Source: Auanema rhodensis (Eukaryota > Animalia > Nematoda). From it: a stretch of 64,000 nucleotides of DNA. The first letter of the stretch is position 1. Each line of letters starts with the position of its first letter. Where the stretch lies: the NCBI GenBank assembly GCA_964057225.1, contig OZ059896.1, forward strand, positions 744,001 to 808,000. The letters run 5' to 3'. The position numbers were made by a program, and so were the translations under genes. This document shows, piece by piece, positions 1 to 15,100 of this stretch. The notes below the pieces were generated by a model. It searched no databases. It saw only the letters and a program-made list of their open reading frames with translations, and had not been told where the DNA came from.

Positions 1-1408
1 ATCTTTCACGTGAAACGAGTTACATACCAAGTGCACATCACGTGTACATTTAATTAGCATAAATTAAAGTTCACGTAAATTTCAAAGTCATGGTTACCAT
101 GAACCAATATCAATAAAAATTTGTAATTAGACTAATATGGACATGGGGAATCTAATTTTGAAAACCGCATCTCTTTATCTTTCACGTGAAGCGAGTTACA
201 TACCAAGTGCACATCACGTGTACATTTAATTAGCATAAATTAAAGTTCACGTAAATTTCAAAGTCATGGTTACCATGAACCAATATCAATAAAAATTTGT
301 TTTTAGACTAATATGGACATGGGAAATCTAATTTTGGAAACCGCATCTCTTTATCTTTCACGTGAAGCGAGTTACATACCAAGTGCACATCACGTGTACA
401 TTTAATTAGCATAAATTAAAGTTCACGTAAATTTCAAAGTCATGGTTACCATGAACCAATATCAATAAAAATTTGTTTTTAGACTAATATGGACATGGGA
501 AATCTAATTTTGAAAACCGCATCTCTTTATCTTTTACGTGAAGCGAGTTACATACCAAGTGCACATCACGTGTACATTTAATTAGCATAAATTAAAGTTC
601 ACGTAAATTTCAAAGTCATGGTTATCATGAACCAATATCAATAAAAATTTGTTTTTAGACTAATATGGACATGGGAAATCTAATTTTGAAAACCGCATCT
701 CTTTATCTTTTACGTGAAGCGAGTTACATACCAAGTGCACATCACGTGTACATTTAATTAGCATAAATTAAAGTTCACGTAAATTTCAAAGTCATGGTTA
801 CCATGAACCAATATCAATAAAAATTTGTTTTTAGACTAATATGGACATGGGAAATCTAATTTTGAAAACCGCATCTCTTTATCTTACACGTGAAGCGAGT
901 TACATACCAAGTGCACATCACGTGTACATATAATTAGCATAAATTAAAGTTCACGTAAATTTCAAAGTCATGGTTACCATGAACCAATATCAATAAAAAT
1001 TTGTTTTTAGACTAATATGGACATGGGGAATCTAATTTTGAAAACCGCATCTCTTTATCTTTCACGTGAAGCGAGTTACATACCAAGTGCACATCACGTG
1101 TACATTTAATTAGCATAAATTAAAGTTCACGTAAATTTCAAAGTCATGGGTACCATGAACCAATATCAATAAAAATTTGTTTTTAGACTAATATGGACAT
1201 GGGGAATCTAATTTTGAAAAGCGCATCTCTTTATCTTTCACGTGAAGCGAGTTACATACCAAGTGCACATCACGTGTACATTTAATTAGCATAAATTAAA
1301 GTTCACGTAAATTTCAAAGTCATGGTTACCATGAACCAATATCAATAAAAATTTGTTTTTAGACTAATATGGACATGGGGAATCTAATTTTGAAAACCGC
1401 ATCTCTTT

Positions 1409-2464
1409 ATCATTCACGTGAAGCGAGTTACATACCAAGTGCACATCACGTGTAACTTTAATTAGCATAAATTAAAGTTCACGTAAATTTCAAAGTCATG
1501 GTTACCATGCACCAATATCAATAAACATTTGTTTTTAGACTAATATGGACATGGGGAATCTACTTTTGAAAACCGCATCTCTTTATCTTTCACGTGAAGC
1601 GAGTTACATACCAAGTGCACATCACGTGTACATATAATTAGCATAAATTAAAGTTCACGTAAATTTCAAAGTCATGGTTACCATGAACCAATATCAATAA
1701 AAATTTGTTTTTAGACTAATATGGACATGGGGAATCTAATTTTGAAAACCGCATCTCTTTATCTTTCACGTGAAGCGAGTTACATACCAAGTGCACATCA
1801 CGTGTACATATAATTAGCATAAATTAAAGTTCACGTAAATTTCAAAGTCATGGTTACCATGAACCAATATCAATAAAAATTTGTTTTTAGACTAATATGG
1901 ACATGGGGAATCTAATTTTGAAAACCGCATCTCTTTATCATTCACGTGAAGCGAGTTACATACCAAGTGCACATCACGTGTAACTTTAATTAGCATAAAT
2001 TAAAGTTCACGTAAATTTCAAAGTCATGGTTACCATGCACCAATATTAATAAACATTTGTTTTTAGACTAATATGGACATGGGGAATCTACTTTTGAAAA
2101 CCGCATCTCTTTATCTTTCACGTGAAGCGAGTTACATACCAAGTGCACATCACGTGTACATATAATTAGCATAAATTAAAGTTCACGTAAATTTCAAAGT
2201 CATGGTTACCATGAACCAATATCAATAAAAATTTGTTTTTAGACTAATATGGACATGGGGAATCTAATTTTGAAAACCGCATCTCTTTATCTTTCACGTG
2301 AAGCGAGTTACATACCAAGTGCACATCACGTGTACATATAATTAGCATAAATTAAAGTTCACGTAAATTTCAAAGTCATGGTTACCATGAACCAATATCA
2401 ATAAAAATTTGTTTTTAGACTAATATGGACATGGGGAATCTAATTTTGAAAACCGCATCTCTTT
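1409..2464 (+). repeat. 3-monomer (528-bp) tandem duplication: 1409-1936 / 1937-2464
   Basis: The pattern [T4A, CA47AC, A102C, A118C, A155C][T50A][T50A] occurs twice; the only difference I saw is C111T in copy 2. Confidence 0.85.
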
Positions 2465-5400
2465 ATCTTTCACGTGAAGCGAGTTACATACCAAGTGCAC
2501 ATCACGTGTACATTTAATTAGCATAAATTAAAGTTCACGTAAATTTCAAAGTCATGGTTATCATGAACCAATATCAATAAAAATTTGTTTTTAGACTAAT
2601 ATGGACATGGGGAATCTAATTTTGAAAACCGCATCTCTTTATCTTTCACGTGAAGCGAGTTACATACCAAGTGCACATCACGTGTACATTTAATTAGCAT
2701 AAATTAAAGTTCACGTAAATTTCAAAGTCATGGTTACCATGCACCAATATCAATAAAAATTTGTTTTTAGACTAATATGGACATGGGGAATCTAATTTTG
2801 AAAACCGCATCTCTTTATCTTTCACGTGAAGCGAGTTACATACCAAGTGCACATCACGTGTACATTTAATTAGCATAAATTAAAGTTCACGTAAATTTCA
2901 AAGTCATGGTTATCATGAACCAATATCAATAAAAATTTGTTTTTAGACTAATATGGACATGGGAAATCTAATTTTGAAAACCGCATCTCTTTATCTTTCA
3001 CGTGAAGCGAGTTACATACCAAGTGCACATCACGTGTACATTTAATTAGCATAAATTAAAGTTCACGTAAATCTCAAAGTCATGGTTACCATGAACCAAT
3101 ATCAATAAAAATTTGTTTTTAGACTAATATGGACATGGGAAATCTAATTTTGAAAACCGCATCTCTTTATCTTTTACGTGAAGCGAGTTACATACCAAGT
3201 GCACATCACGTGTACATTTAATTAGCATAAATTAAAGTTCACGTAAATTTCAAAGTCATGGTTACCATGAACCAATATCAATAAAAATTTGTTTTTAGAC
3301 TAATATGGACATGGGGAATCTAATTTTGAAAACCGCATCTCTTTATCTTTCACGTGAAGCGAGTTACATACCAAGTGCACATCACGTGTACATATAATTA
3401 GCATAAATTAAAGTTCACGTAAATTTCAAAGTCATGGTTACCATGAACCAATATCAATAAAAATTTGTTTTTAGACTAATATGGACATGGGGAATCTAAT
3501 TTTGAAAACCGCATCTCTTTATCTTTCACGTGAAGCGAGTTACATACCAAGTGCACATCACGTGTACATTTAATTAGCATAAATTAAAGTTCACGTAAAT
3601 TTCAAAGTCATGGTTATCATGAACCAATATCAATAAAAATTTGTTTTTAGACTAATATGGACATGGGGAATCTAATTTTGAAAACCGCATCTCTTTATCT
3701 TTCACGTGAAGCGAGTTACATACCAAGTGCACATCACGTGTACATTTAATTAGCATAAATTAAAGTTCACGTAAATTTCAAAGTCATATTTACCATGCAC
3801 CAATATCAATAAAAATTTGTTTTTAGACTAATATGGACATGGGGAATCTAATTTTGAAAACCGCATCTCTTTATCTTTTACGTGAAGCGAGTTACATACC
3901 AAGTGCACATCACGTGTACATTTAATTAGCATAAATTAAAGTTCACGTAAATTTCAAAGTCATGGTTACCATGAACCAATATCAATAAAAATTTGTTTTT
4001 AGACTAATATGGACATGGGGAATCTAATTTTGAAAACCGCATCTCTTTATCTTTCACGTGAAGCGAGTTACATACCAAGTGCACATCACGTGTACATTTA
4101 ATTAGCATAAATTAAAGTTCACGTAAATTTCAAAGTCATGGTTACCATGCACCAATATCAATAAAAATTTGTTTTTAGACTAATATGGACATGGGGAATC
4201 TAATTTTGAAAACCGCATCTCTTTATCTTTCACGTGAAGCGAGTTACATACCAAGTGCACATCACGTGTACATTTAATTAGCATAAATTAAAGTTCACGT
4301 AAATTTCAAAGTCATGGTTATCATGAACCAATATCAATAAAAATTTGTTTTTAGACTAATATGGACATGGGGAATCTAATTTTGAAAACCGCATCTCTTT
4401 ATCTTTCACGTGAAGCGAGTTACATACCAAGTGCACATCACGTGTACATTTAATTAGCATAAATTAAAGTTCACGTAAATTTCAAAGTCATGGTTATCAT
4501 GAACCAATATCAATAAAAATTTGTTTTTAGACTAATATGGACATGGGAAATCTAATTTTGAAAACCGCATCTCTTTATCTTTCACGTGAAGCGAGTTACA
4601 TACCAAGTGCACATCACGTGTACATTTAATTAGCATAAATTAAAGTTCACGTAAATCTCAAAGTCATGGTTACCATGAACCAATATCAATAAAAATTTGT
4701 TTTTAGACTAATATGGACATGGGAAATCTAATTTTGAAAACCGCATCTCTTTATCTTTTACGTGAAGCGAGTTACATACCAAGTGCACATCACGTGTACA
4801 TTTAATTAGCATAAATTAAAGTTCACGTAAATTTCAAAGTTATGGTTACCATGCACCAATATCAATAAAAATTTGTTTTTAGACTAATATGGACATGGGG
4901 AATCTAATTTTGAAAACCGCATCTCTTTATCTTTCACGTGAAGCGAGTTACATACCAAGTGCACATCACGTGTACATTTAATTAGCATAAATTAAAGTTC
5001 ACGTAAATTTCAAAGTCATGGTTACCATGAACCAATATCAATAAAAATTTGTTTTTAGACTAATATGGACATGGGGAATCTAATTTTGAAAACCGCATCT
5101 CTTTATCTTTCACGTGAAGCGAGTTACATACTAAGTGCACATCACGTGTACATTTAATTAGCATAAATTAAAATTCACGTAAATTTCAAAGTCATGGTTA
5201 CCATGAACCAATATCAATAAAAATTTGTTTTTAGACAAATATGGACATGGGGAATCTAATTTTAAAAACCGCATCTTTTTATCTTTCACGTGAAGCGAGT
5301 TACATACCAAGTGCACATCACGTGTACATTTAATTAGCATAAATTAAAGTTCACGTAAATTTCAAAGTCATGGTTACCATGAACCAATATCAATAAAAAT

Positions 5401-6160
5401 TTGTTTTTAGACTAATATGGACATGGGAAATCTAATTTTGGAAACCGCATCTCTTTATCTTTCACGTGAAGCGAGTTACATACCAAGTGCACATCACGTG
5501 TACATTTAATTAGCACAAATTAAAGTTCACGTAAATTTCAAAGTCATGGTTACCATGAACCAATATCAATAAAAATTTGTTTTTAGACTAATATGGACAT
5601 GGGAAATCTAATTTTGAAAACCGCATCTCTTTATCTTTTACGTGAAGCGAGTTACATACCAAGTGCACATCACGTGTACATTTAATTAGCATAAATTAAA
5701 ATTCACGTAATTTTCAAAGTCATGGTTACCATGAACCAATATCAATAAAAATTTGTTTTTAGACTAACATGGACATGGGGAATCTAACTTTTAAAACCGC
5801 ATCTCTTTATCTTTCACGTGAAGCGAGTTACACACCAAGTGCACATCACGTGTACATTTAATTAGCATAAATTAAAGTTCACGTAAATTTCAAAGTCATG
5901 GGTACCATGAACCAATATCAATAAAAATTTGTTTTTAGACTAATATGGACATGGGGAATCTAATTTTGAAAACCGCATCTCTTTATCTTTCACGTGAAGC
6001 GAGTTACATACCAAGTGCACATCACGTGTACATTTAATTAGCATAAATTAAAGTTCACGTAAATTTCAAAGTCATGGTTACCATGAACCAATATCAATAA
6101 AAATTTGTTTTTAGACTAATATGGACATGGGGAATCTAATTTTGAAAACCGCATCTCTTT

Positions 6161-9100
6161 ATCATTCACGTGAAGCGAGTTACATACCAAGTGCACATCA
6201 CGTGTAACTTTAATTAGCATAAATTAAAGTTCACGTAAATTTCAAAGTCATGGTTACCATGCACCAATATCAATAAACATTTGTTTTTAGACTAATATGG
6301 ACATGGGGAATCTACTTTTGAAAACCGCATCTCTTTATCTTTCACGTGAAGCGAGTTACATACCAAGTGCACATGACGTGTACATTTAATTAGCATAAAT
6401 TAAAGTTCACGTAAATTTCAAAGTCATGGTTACCATGAACCAATATCAATGAAAATTTGTTTGTAGACTAATATGGACATGGGGAATCTAGTTTTGAAAA
6501 CCGCATCTCTTTATCTTTCACGTGAAGCGAGTTACATACCAAGTGCACATCACGTGTACATATAATTAGCATAAATTAAAGTTCACGTAAATTTCAAAGT
6601 CATGGTTACCATGAACCAATATCAATAAAAATTTGTTTTTAGACTAATATGGACATGGGAAATCTAATTTTGAAAACCGCATCTCTTTATCTTTCACGTG
6701 AAGCGAGTTACATACCAAGTGCACATCACGTGTACATTTAATTAGCATAAATTAAAGTTCACGTAAATTTCAAAGTCATGGTTACCATGCACCAATATCA
6801 ATAAACATTTGTTTTTAGACTAATATGGACATGGGGAATCTAATTTTGAAAACCGCATCTCTTTATCTTTCACGTGAAGCGAGTTACGTACCAAGTGCAC
6901 ATCACGTGTACATTTAATTAGCATAAATTAAAGTTCACGTAAATTTCAAAGTCATGGTTACCATGAACCAATATCAAAAAAATTTTGTTTTTAGACTAAT
7001 ATGGACATGGGGAATCTAATTTTGAAAACCGCATCTCTTTATCTTTCACGTGAAGCGAGTTACATACCAAGTGCACATCACGTGTACATTTAATTAGCAT
7101 AAATTAAAATTCACGTAAATTTCAAAGTCATGGTTACCATGAACCAATATCAATGAAAATTTGTTTTTAGACTAATATGGACATGGGGAATCTAATTTTG
7201 AAAACCGCATATCTTTATCTTTCACGTGAAGCGAGTTACATACCAAGTGCACATCACGTGTACATTTAATTAGCATAAATTAAAGTTCACGTAAATTTCA
7301 AAGTCATGGTTACCATGAACCAATATCAATAAAAATTTGTTTTTAGACTAATATGGACATGGGGAAAATAATTTTAAAAACCGCATCTCTTTATCTTTCA
7401 CGTGAAGCGAGTTACATACCAAGTGCACATCACGTGTACATTTAATTAGCATAAATTAAAGTTCACGTAAATTTCAAAGTCATGGTTACCATGAACCAAT
7501 ATCAATAAAAATTTGTTTTTAGACTAATATGGACATGGGAAATCTAATTTTGGAAACCGCATCTCTTTATCTTTCACGTGAAGCGAGTTACATACCAAGT
7601 GCACATCACGTGTACATTTAATTAGCACAAATTAAAGTTCACGTAAATTTCAAAGTCATGGTTACCATGAACCAATATCAATAAAAATTTGTTTTTAGAC
7701 TAATATGGACATGGGAAATCTAATTTTGAAAACCGCATCTCTTTATCTTTTACGTGAAGCGAGTTACATACCAAGTGCACATCACGTGTACATTTAATTA
7801 GCATAAATTAAAGTTCACGTAAATTTCAAAGTCATGGTTACCATGCACCAATATCAATCAAAATTTGTTTTTAGACTAATATGGACATGGGGAATATAAT
7901 TTTGAAAACCGCATCTCTTTATCTTTCACGTGAAGCGAGTTACATACCAAGTGCACATCACGTGTACATTTAATTAGCATAAATTAAAGTTCACGTAAAT
8001 TTCAAAGTCATGGTTATCATGAACCAATATCAATAAAAATTTGTTTTTAGACTAATATGGACATGGGAAATCTAATTTTGAAAACCGCATCTCTTTATCT
8101 TTTACGTGAAGCGAGTTACATACCAAGTGCACATCACGTGTACATTTAATTAGCATAAATTAAAGTTCACGTAAATTTCAAAGTCATGGTTACCAAGCAC
8201 CAATATCAATAAAAATTTGTTTTTAGACTAATATGGACATGGGGAATCTAATTTTGAAAACCGCATCTCTTTATCTTTCACGTGAAACGAGTTACATACC
8301 AAGTGCACATCACGTTTACATTTAATTAGCATAAATTAAAGTTCACGTAAATTTCAAAGTCATGGTTACCATGCACCAATATCAATAAAAATTTGTTTTT
8401 AGACTAATATGGACATGGGGAATCTAATTTTAAAAACCGCATCTCTTTATCTTTCACGTGAAGCGAGTTACATACCAAGTGCACATCACGTGTACATTTA
8501 ATTAGCATAAATTAAAGTTCACGTAAATTTCAAAGTCATGGTTACCATGAACCAATATCAATAAAAATTTGTTTTTAGACTAACATGTACATGGGGAATC
8601 TAATTTTGAAAACCGCATCTCTTTATCTTTCACGTGAAGCGAGTTACATACCAATTGCACATCACGTGTACATTTAATTAGCATAAATTAAAGTTCACGT
8701 AAATTTCAAAGTCATGGTTACCATGAACCAATATCAATAAAAATTTGTTTTTAGACTAATATGGACATGGGGAATCTAATTTTGAAAACCGCATCTCTTT
8801 ATCTTTCACGTGAAGCGAGTTACATACCAAGTGCACATCACGTGTACATTTAATTAGCATAAATTAAAGTTCACGTAAATTTCAAAGTCATGGTTACCAT
8901 GAACCAGTATCAATAAAAATTTGTTTTTAGACTAATATGGACATGGGAAATCTAATTTTGAAAACCGCATCTCTTTATCTTTTACGTGAAGCTAGTTACA
9001 TACCAAGTGCACATCACGTGTACATTTAATTAGCATAAATTAAAGTTCACGTAAATTTCAAAGTCATGGTTACCATGCACCAATATCAATAAAAATTTGT

Positions 9101-12100
9101 TTTTAGACTAATATGGACATGGGGAATCTAATTTTGAAAACCGCATCTCTTTATCTTTCACGTGAAGCGAGTTACATACCAAGTGCACATCACGTGTACA
9201 TTTAATTAGCATAAATTAAAGTTCACGTAAATTTCAAAGTCATGGTTACCATGAACCAATATCAATAAAAATTTGTTTTTAGACTAACATGTACATGGGG
9301 AATCTAATTTTGAAAACCGCATCTCTTTATCTTTCACGTGAAGCGAGTTACATACCAAGTGCACATCACGTGTACATTTAATTAGCATAAATTAAAGTTC
9401 ACGTAAATTTCAAAGTCATGGTTACCATGAACCAATATCAATAAAAATTTGTTTTTAGACTAATATGGACATGGGGAATCTAATTTTGAAAACCGCATCT
9501 CTTTATCTTTCACGTGAAGCGAGTTACATACCAAGTGCACATCACGTGTACATTTAATTAGCATAAATTAAAGTTCACGTAAATTTCAAAGTCATGGTTA
9601 CCATGAACCAATATCAATAAAAATTTGTTTTTAGACTAATATGGACATGGGGAATCTAATTTTGAAAACCGCATCTCTTTATCATTCACGTGAAGCGAGT
9701 TACATACCAAGTGCACATCACGTGTACATTTAATTAGTATAAATTAAAGTTCACGTAAATTTCAAAGTCATGGTTACCATGAACCAATATCAATAAAAAT
9801 TTGTTTTTAGACTAATATGGACATGGGGAATCTAATTTTGAAAACCGCATCTCTTTATCATTCACGTGAAGCGAGTTACATACCAAGTGCACATCACGTG
9901 TAACTTTAATTAGCATAAATTAAAGTTCACGTAAATTTCAAAGTCATGGTTACCATGCACCAATATCAATAAACATTTGTTTTTAGACTAATATGGACAT
10001 GGGGAATCTACTTTTGAAAACCGCATCTCTTTATCTTTCACGTGAAGCGAGTTACATACCAAGTGCACATGACGTGTACATTTAATTAGCATAAATTAAA
10101 GTTCACGTAAATTTCAAAGTCATGGTTACCATGAACCAATATCAATGAAAATTTGTTTGTAGACTAATATGGACATGGGGAATCTAATTTTGAAAACCGC
10201 ATCTCTTTATCTTTCACGTGAAGCGAGTTACATACCAAGTACACATCACGTGTACATATAATTAGCATAAATTAAAGTTCACGTAAATTTCAAAGTCATG
10301 GTTACCATGAACCAATATCAATGAAAATTTGTTTTTAGACTAATATGGACATGGGAAATCTAATTTTGAAAACCGCATCTCTTTATCTTTCACGTGAAGC
10401 GAGTTACATACCAAGTGCACATCACGTGTACATTTAATTAGCATAAATTAAAGTTCACGTAAATTTCAAAGTCATGGTTACCATGCACCAATATCAAAAA
10501 AAATTTGTTTTTAGACTAATATGGACATGGGGAATCTAATTTTGAAAACCGCATCTCTTTATCTTTCACGTGAAGCGAGTTACATACCAAGTGCACATCA
10601 CGTGTACATTTAATTAGCATAAATTAAAATTCACGTAAATTTCAAAGTCATGGTTACCATGAACCAATATCAATGAAAATTTGTTTTTAGACTAATATGG
10701 ACATGGGGAATCTAATTTTGAAAACCGCATATCTTTATCTTTCACGTGAAGCGAGTTACATACCAAGTGCACATCACGTGTACATTTAATTAGCATAAAT
10801 TAAAGTTCACGTAAATTTCAAAGTCATGGTTACCATGAACCAATATCAATAAAAATTTGTTTTTAGACTAATATGGACATGGGGAATCTAATTTTAAAAA
10901 CCGCATCTCTTTATCTTTCACGTGAAGCGAGTTACATACCAAGTGCACATCACGTGTACATTTAATTAGCATAAATTAAAGTTCACGTAAATTTCAAAGT
11001 CATGGTTACAATGAACCAATATCAATAAAAATTTGTTTTTAGACTAATATGGACATGGGGAATCTAATTTTGAAAACCGCATCTCTTTATCTTTCACGTG
11101 AAGCGAGTTACATACCAAGTGCACATCACGTGTACATTTAATTAGCATAAATTAAAGTTCACGTAAATTTCAAAGTCATGGTTACCATGAACCAATATCA
11201 ATAAAAATTTGTTTTTAGACTAATATGGACATGGGGAATCTAATTTTGAAAACCGCATCTCTTTATCTTTCACGTGAAGCGAGTTACATACCAAGTGCAC
11301 ATCACGTGTACATTTAATTAGCATAAATTAAAGTTCACGTAAATTTCAAAGTCATGGTTACCAAGCACCAATATCAATAAAAATTTGTTTTTAGACTAAT
11401 ATGGACATGGGGAATCTAATTTTGAAAACCGCATCTCTTTATCTTTCACGTGAAACGAGTTACATACCAAGTGCACATCACGTTTACATTTAATTAGCAT
11501 AAATTAAAGTTCACGTAAATTTCAAAGTCATGGTTACCATGCACCAATATCAATAAAAATTTGTTTTTAGACTAATATGGACATGGGGAATCTAATTTTA
11601 AAAACCGCATCTCTTTATCTTTCACGTGAAGCGAGTTACATACCAAGTGCACATCACGTGTACATTTAATTAGCATAAATTAAAGTTCACGTAAATTTCA
11701 AAGTCATGGTTACCATGAACCAATATCAATAAAAATTTGTTTTTAGACTAACATGTACATGGGGAATCTAATTTTGAAAACCGCATCTCTTTATCTTTCA
11801 CGTGAAGCGAGTTACATACCAAGTGCACATCACGTGTACATTTAATTAGCATAAATTAAAGTTCACGTAAATTTCAAAGTCATGGTTACCATGAACCAAT
11901 ATCAATAAAAATTTGTTTTTAGACTAATATGGACATGGGGAATCTAATTTTGAAAACCGCATCTCTTTATCTTTCACGTGAAGCGAGTTACATACCAAGT
12001 GCACATCACGTGTACATTTAATTAGCATAAATTAAAGTTCACGTAAATTTCAAAGTCATGGTTACCAAGCACCAATATCAATAAAAATTTGTTTTTAGAC

Positions 12101-15100
12101 TAATATGGACATGGGGAATCTAATTTTGAAAACCGCATCTCTTTATCTTTCACGTGAAACGAGTTACATACCAAGTGCACATCACGTTTACATTTAATTA
12201 GCATAAATTAAAGTTCACGTAAATTTCAAAGTCATGGTTACCATGCACCAATATCAATAAAAATTTGTTTTTAGACTAATATGGACATGGGGAATCTAAT
12301 TTTAAAAACCGCATCTCTTTATCTTTCACGTGAAGCGAGTTACATACCAAGTGCACATCACGTGTACATTTAATTAGCATAAATTAAAGTTCACGTAAAT
12401 TTCAAAGTCATGGTTACCATGAACCAATATCAATAAAAATTTGTTTTTAGACTAACATGTACATGGGGAATCTAATTTTGAAAACCGCATCTCTTTATCT
12501 TTCACGTGAAGCGAGTTACATACCAAGTGCACATCACGTGTACATTTAATTAGCATAAATTAAAGTTCACGTAAATTTCAAAGTCATGGTTACCATGAAC
12601 CAATATCAATAAAAATTTGTTTTTAGACTAACATGTACATGGGGAATCTAATTTTGAAAACCGCATCTCTTTATCTTTCACGTGAAGCGAGTTACATACC
12701 AAGTGCACATCACGTGTACATTTAATTAGCATAAATTAAAGTTCACGTAAATTTCAAAGTCATGGTTACCATGAACCAATATCAATAAAAATTTGTTTTT
12801 AGACTAATATGGACATGGGGAATCTAATTTTGAAAACCGCATCTCTTTATCTTTCACGTGAAGCGAGTTACATACCAAGTGCACATCACGTGTACATTTA
12901 ATTAGCATAAATTAAAGTTCACGTAAATTTCAAAGTCATGGTTACCATGAACCAGTATCAATAAAAATTTGTTTTTAGACTAATATGGACATGGGAAATC
13001 TAATTTTGAAAACCGCATCTCTTTATCTTTTACGTGAAGCTAGTTACATACCAAGTGCACATCACGTGTACATTTAATTAGCATAAATTAAAGTTCACGT
13101 AAATTTCAAAGTCATGGTTACCATGCACCAATATCAATAAAAATTTGTTTTTAGACTAATATGGACATGGGGAATCTAATTTTGAAAACCGCATCTCTTT
13201 ATCTTTCACGTGAAGCGAGTTACATACCAAGTGCACATCACGTGTACATTTAATTAGCATAAATTAAAGTTCACGTAAATTTCAAAGTCATGGTTACCAT
13301 GAACCAATATCAATAAAAATTTGTTTTTAGACTAACATGTACATGGGGAATCTAATTTTGAAAACCGCATCTCTTCATCTTTCACGTGAAGCGAGTTACA
13401 TACCAAGTGCACATCACGTGTACATTTAATTAGCATAAATTAAAGTTCACGTAAATTTCAAAGTCATGGTTACCATGAACCAATATCAATAAAAATTTGT
13501 TTTTAGACTAATATGGACATGGGAAATCTAATTTTGAAAACCGCATCTCTTTATCTTTTACGTGAAGCTAGTTACATACCAAGTGCACATCACGTGTACA
13601 TTTAATTAGCATAAATTAAAGTTCACGTAAATTTCAAAGTCATGGTTACCATGCACCAATATCAATAAAAATTTGTTTTTAGACTAATATGGACATGGGA
13701 AATCTAATTTTGAAAACCGCATCTCTTTATCTTTCACGTGAAGCGAGTTACATACCAAGTGCACATCACGTGTACATTTAATTAGCATAAATTAAAATTC
13801 ACGTAAATTTCAAAGTCATGGTTACCATGAACCAATATCAATAAAAATTTGTTTTTAGACTAACATGGACATGGGGAATCTAACTTTTAAAACCGCATCT
13901 CTTCATCTTTCACGTGAAGCGAGTTACATACCAAGTGCACATCACGTGTACATTTAATTAGCATAAATTAAAGTTCACGTAAATTTCAAAGTCATGGTTA
14001 CCATGAACCAGTATCAATAAAAATTTGTTTTTAGACTAATATGGACATGGGGAATCTAATTTTGAAAACCGCATCTCTTTATCTTTTACGTGAAGCGAGT
14101 TACATACCAAGTGCACATCACGTGTACATTTAATTAGCATAAATTAAAGTTCACGTAAATTTCAAAGTCATGGTTACCATGAACCATTATCAATAAAAAT
14201 TTGTTTTTAGACTAATATGGACATGGGGAATCTAATTTTGAAAACCGCATCTCTTTATCATTCACGTGAAGCGAGTTACATACCAAGTGCACATCACGTG
14301 TAACTTTAATTAGCATAAATTAAAGTTCACGTAAATTTCAAAGTCATGGTTACCATGCACCAATATCAATAAACATTTGTTTTTAGACTAATATGGACAT
14401 GGGGAATCTACTTTTAAAAACCGCATCTCTTTATCTTTCACGTGAAGCGAGTTACATACCAAGTGCACATGACGTGTACATTTAATTAGCATAAATTAAA
14501 GTTCACGTAAATTTCAAAGTCATGGTTACCATGAACCAATATCAATGAAAATTTGTTTGTAGACTAATATGGACATGGGGAATCTAATTTTGAAAACCGC
14601 ATCTCTTTATCTTTCACGTGAAGCGAGTTACATACCAAGTACACATCACGTGTACATATAATTAGCATAAATTAAAGTTCACGTAAATTTCAAAGTCATG
14701 GTTACCATGAACCAATATCAATAAAAATTTGTTTTTAGACTAATATGGACATGGGAAATCTAATTTTGAAAACCGCATCTCTTTATCTTTCACGTGAAGC
14801 GAGTTACATACCAAGTGCACATCACGTGTACATTTAATTAGCATAAATTAAAGTTCACGTAAATTTCAAAGTCATGGTTACCATGCACCAATATCAATAA
14901 ACATTTGTTTTTAGACTAATATGGACATGGGGAATCTAATTTTGAAAACCGCATCTCTTTATCTTTCACGTGAAGCGAGTTACGTACCAAGTGCACATCA
15001 CATGTACATTTAATTAGCATAAATTAAAGTTCACGTAAATTTCAAAGTCATGGTTACCATGAACCAATATCAAAAAAAATTTGTTTTTAGACTAATATGG

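Noticed and set aside
1-176. Assignment to known ~176-bp satellites (honeybee AluI family, Brassica CentBr, T. brucei 177-bp repeat)
   Set aside because: Only the length matches. The consensus lacks AluI and HindIII sites (AGCT occurs only in the G17T variant), and I recall no sequence similarity. A BLAST search is needed to decide.
5158-5340. 60-aa minus-strand ORF (MLIKCTRDVHLV...)
   Set aside because: It is a translation of the satellite. The consensus has a TAG stop in this frame, removed here by the private T133A change (TAG>TTG). The monomer length is not a multiple of 3, and there is no gene context or recognisable domain.
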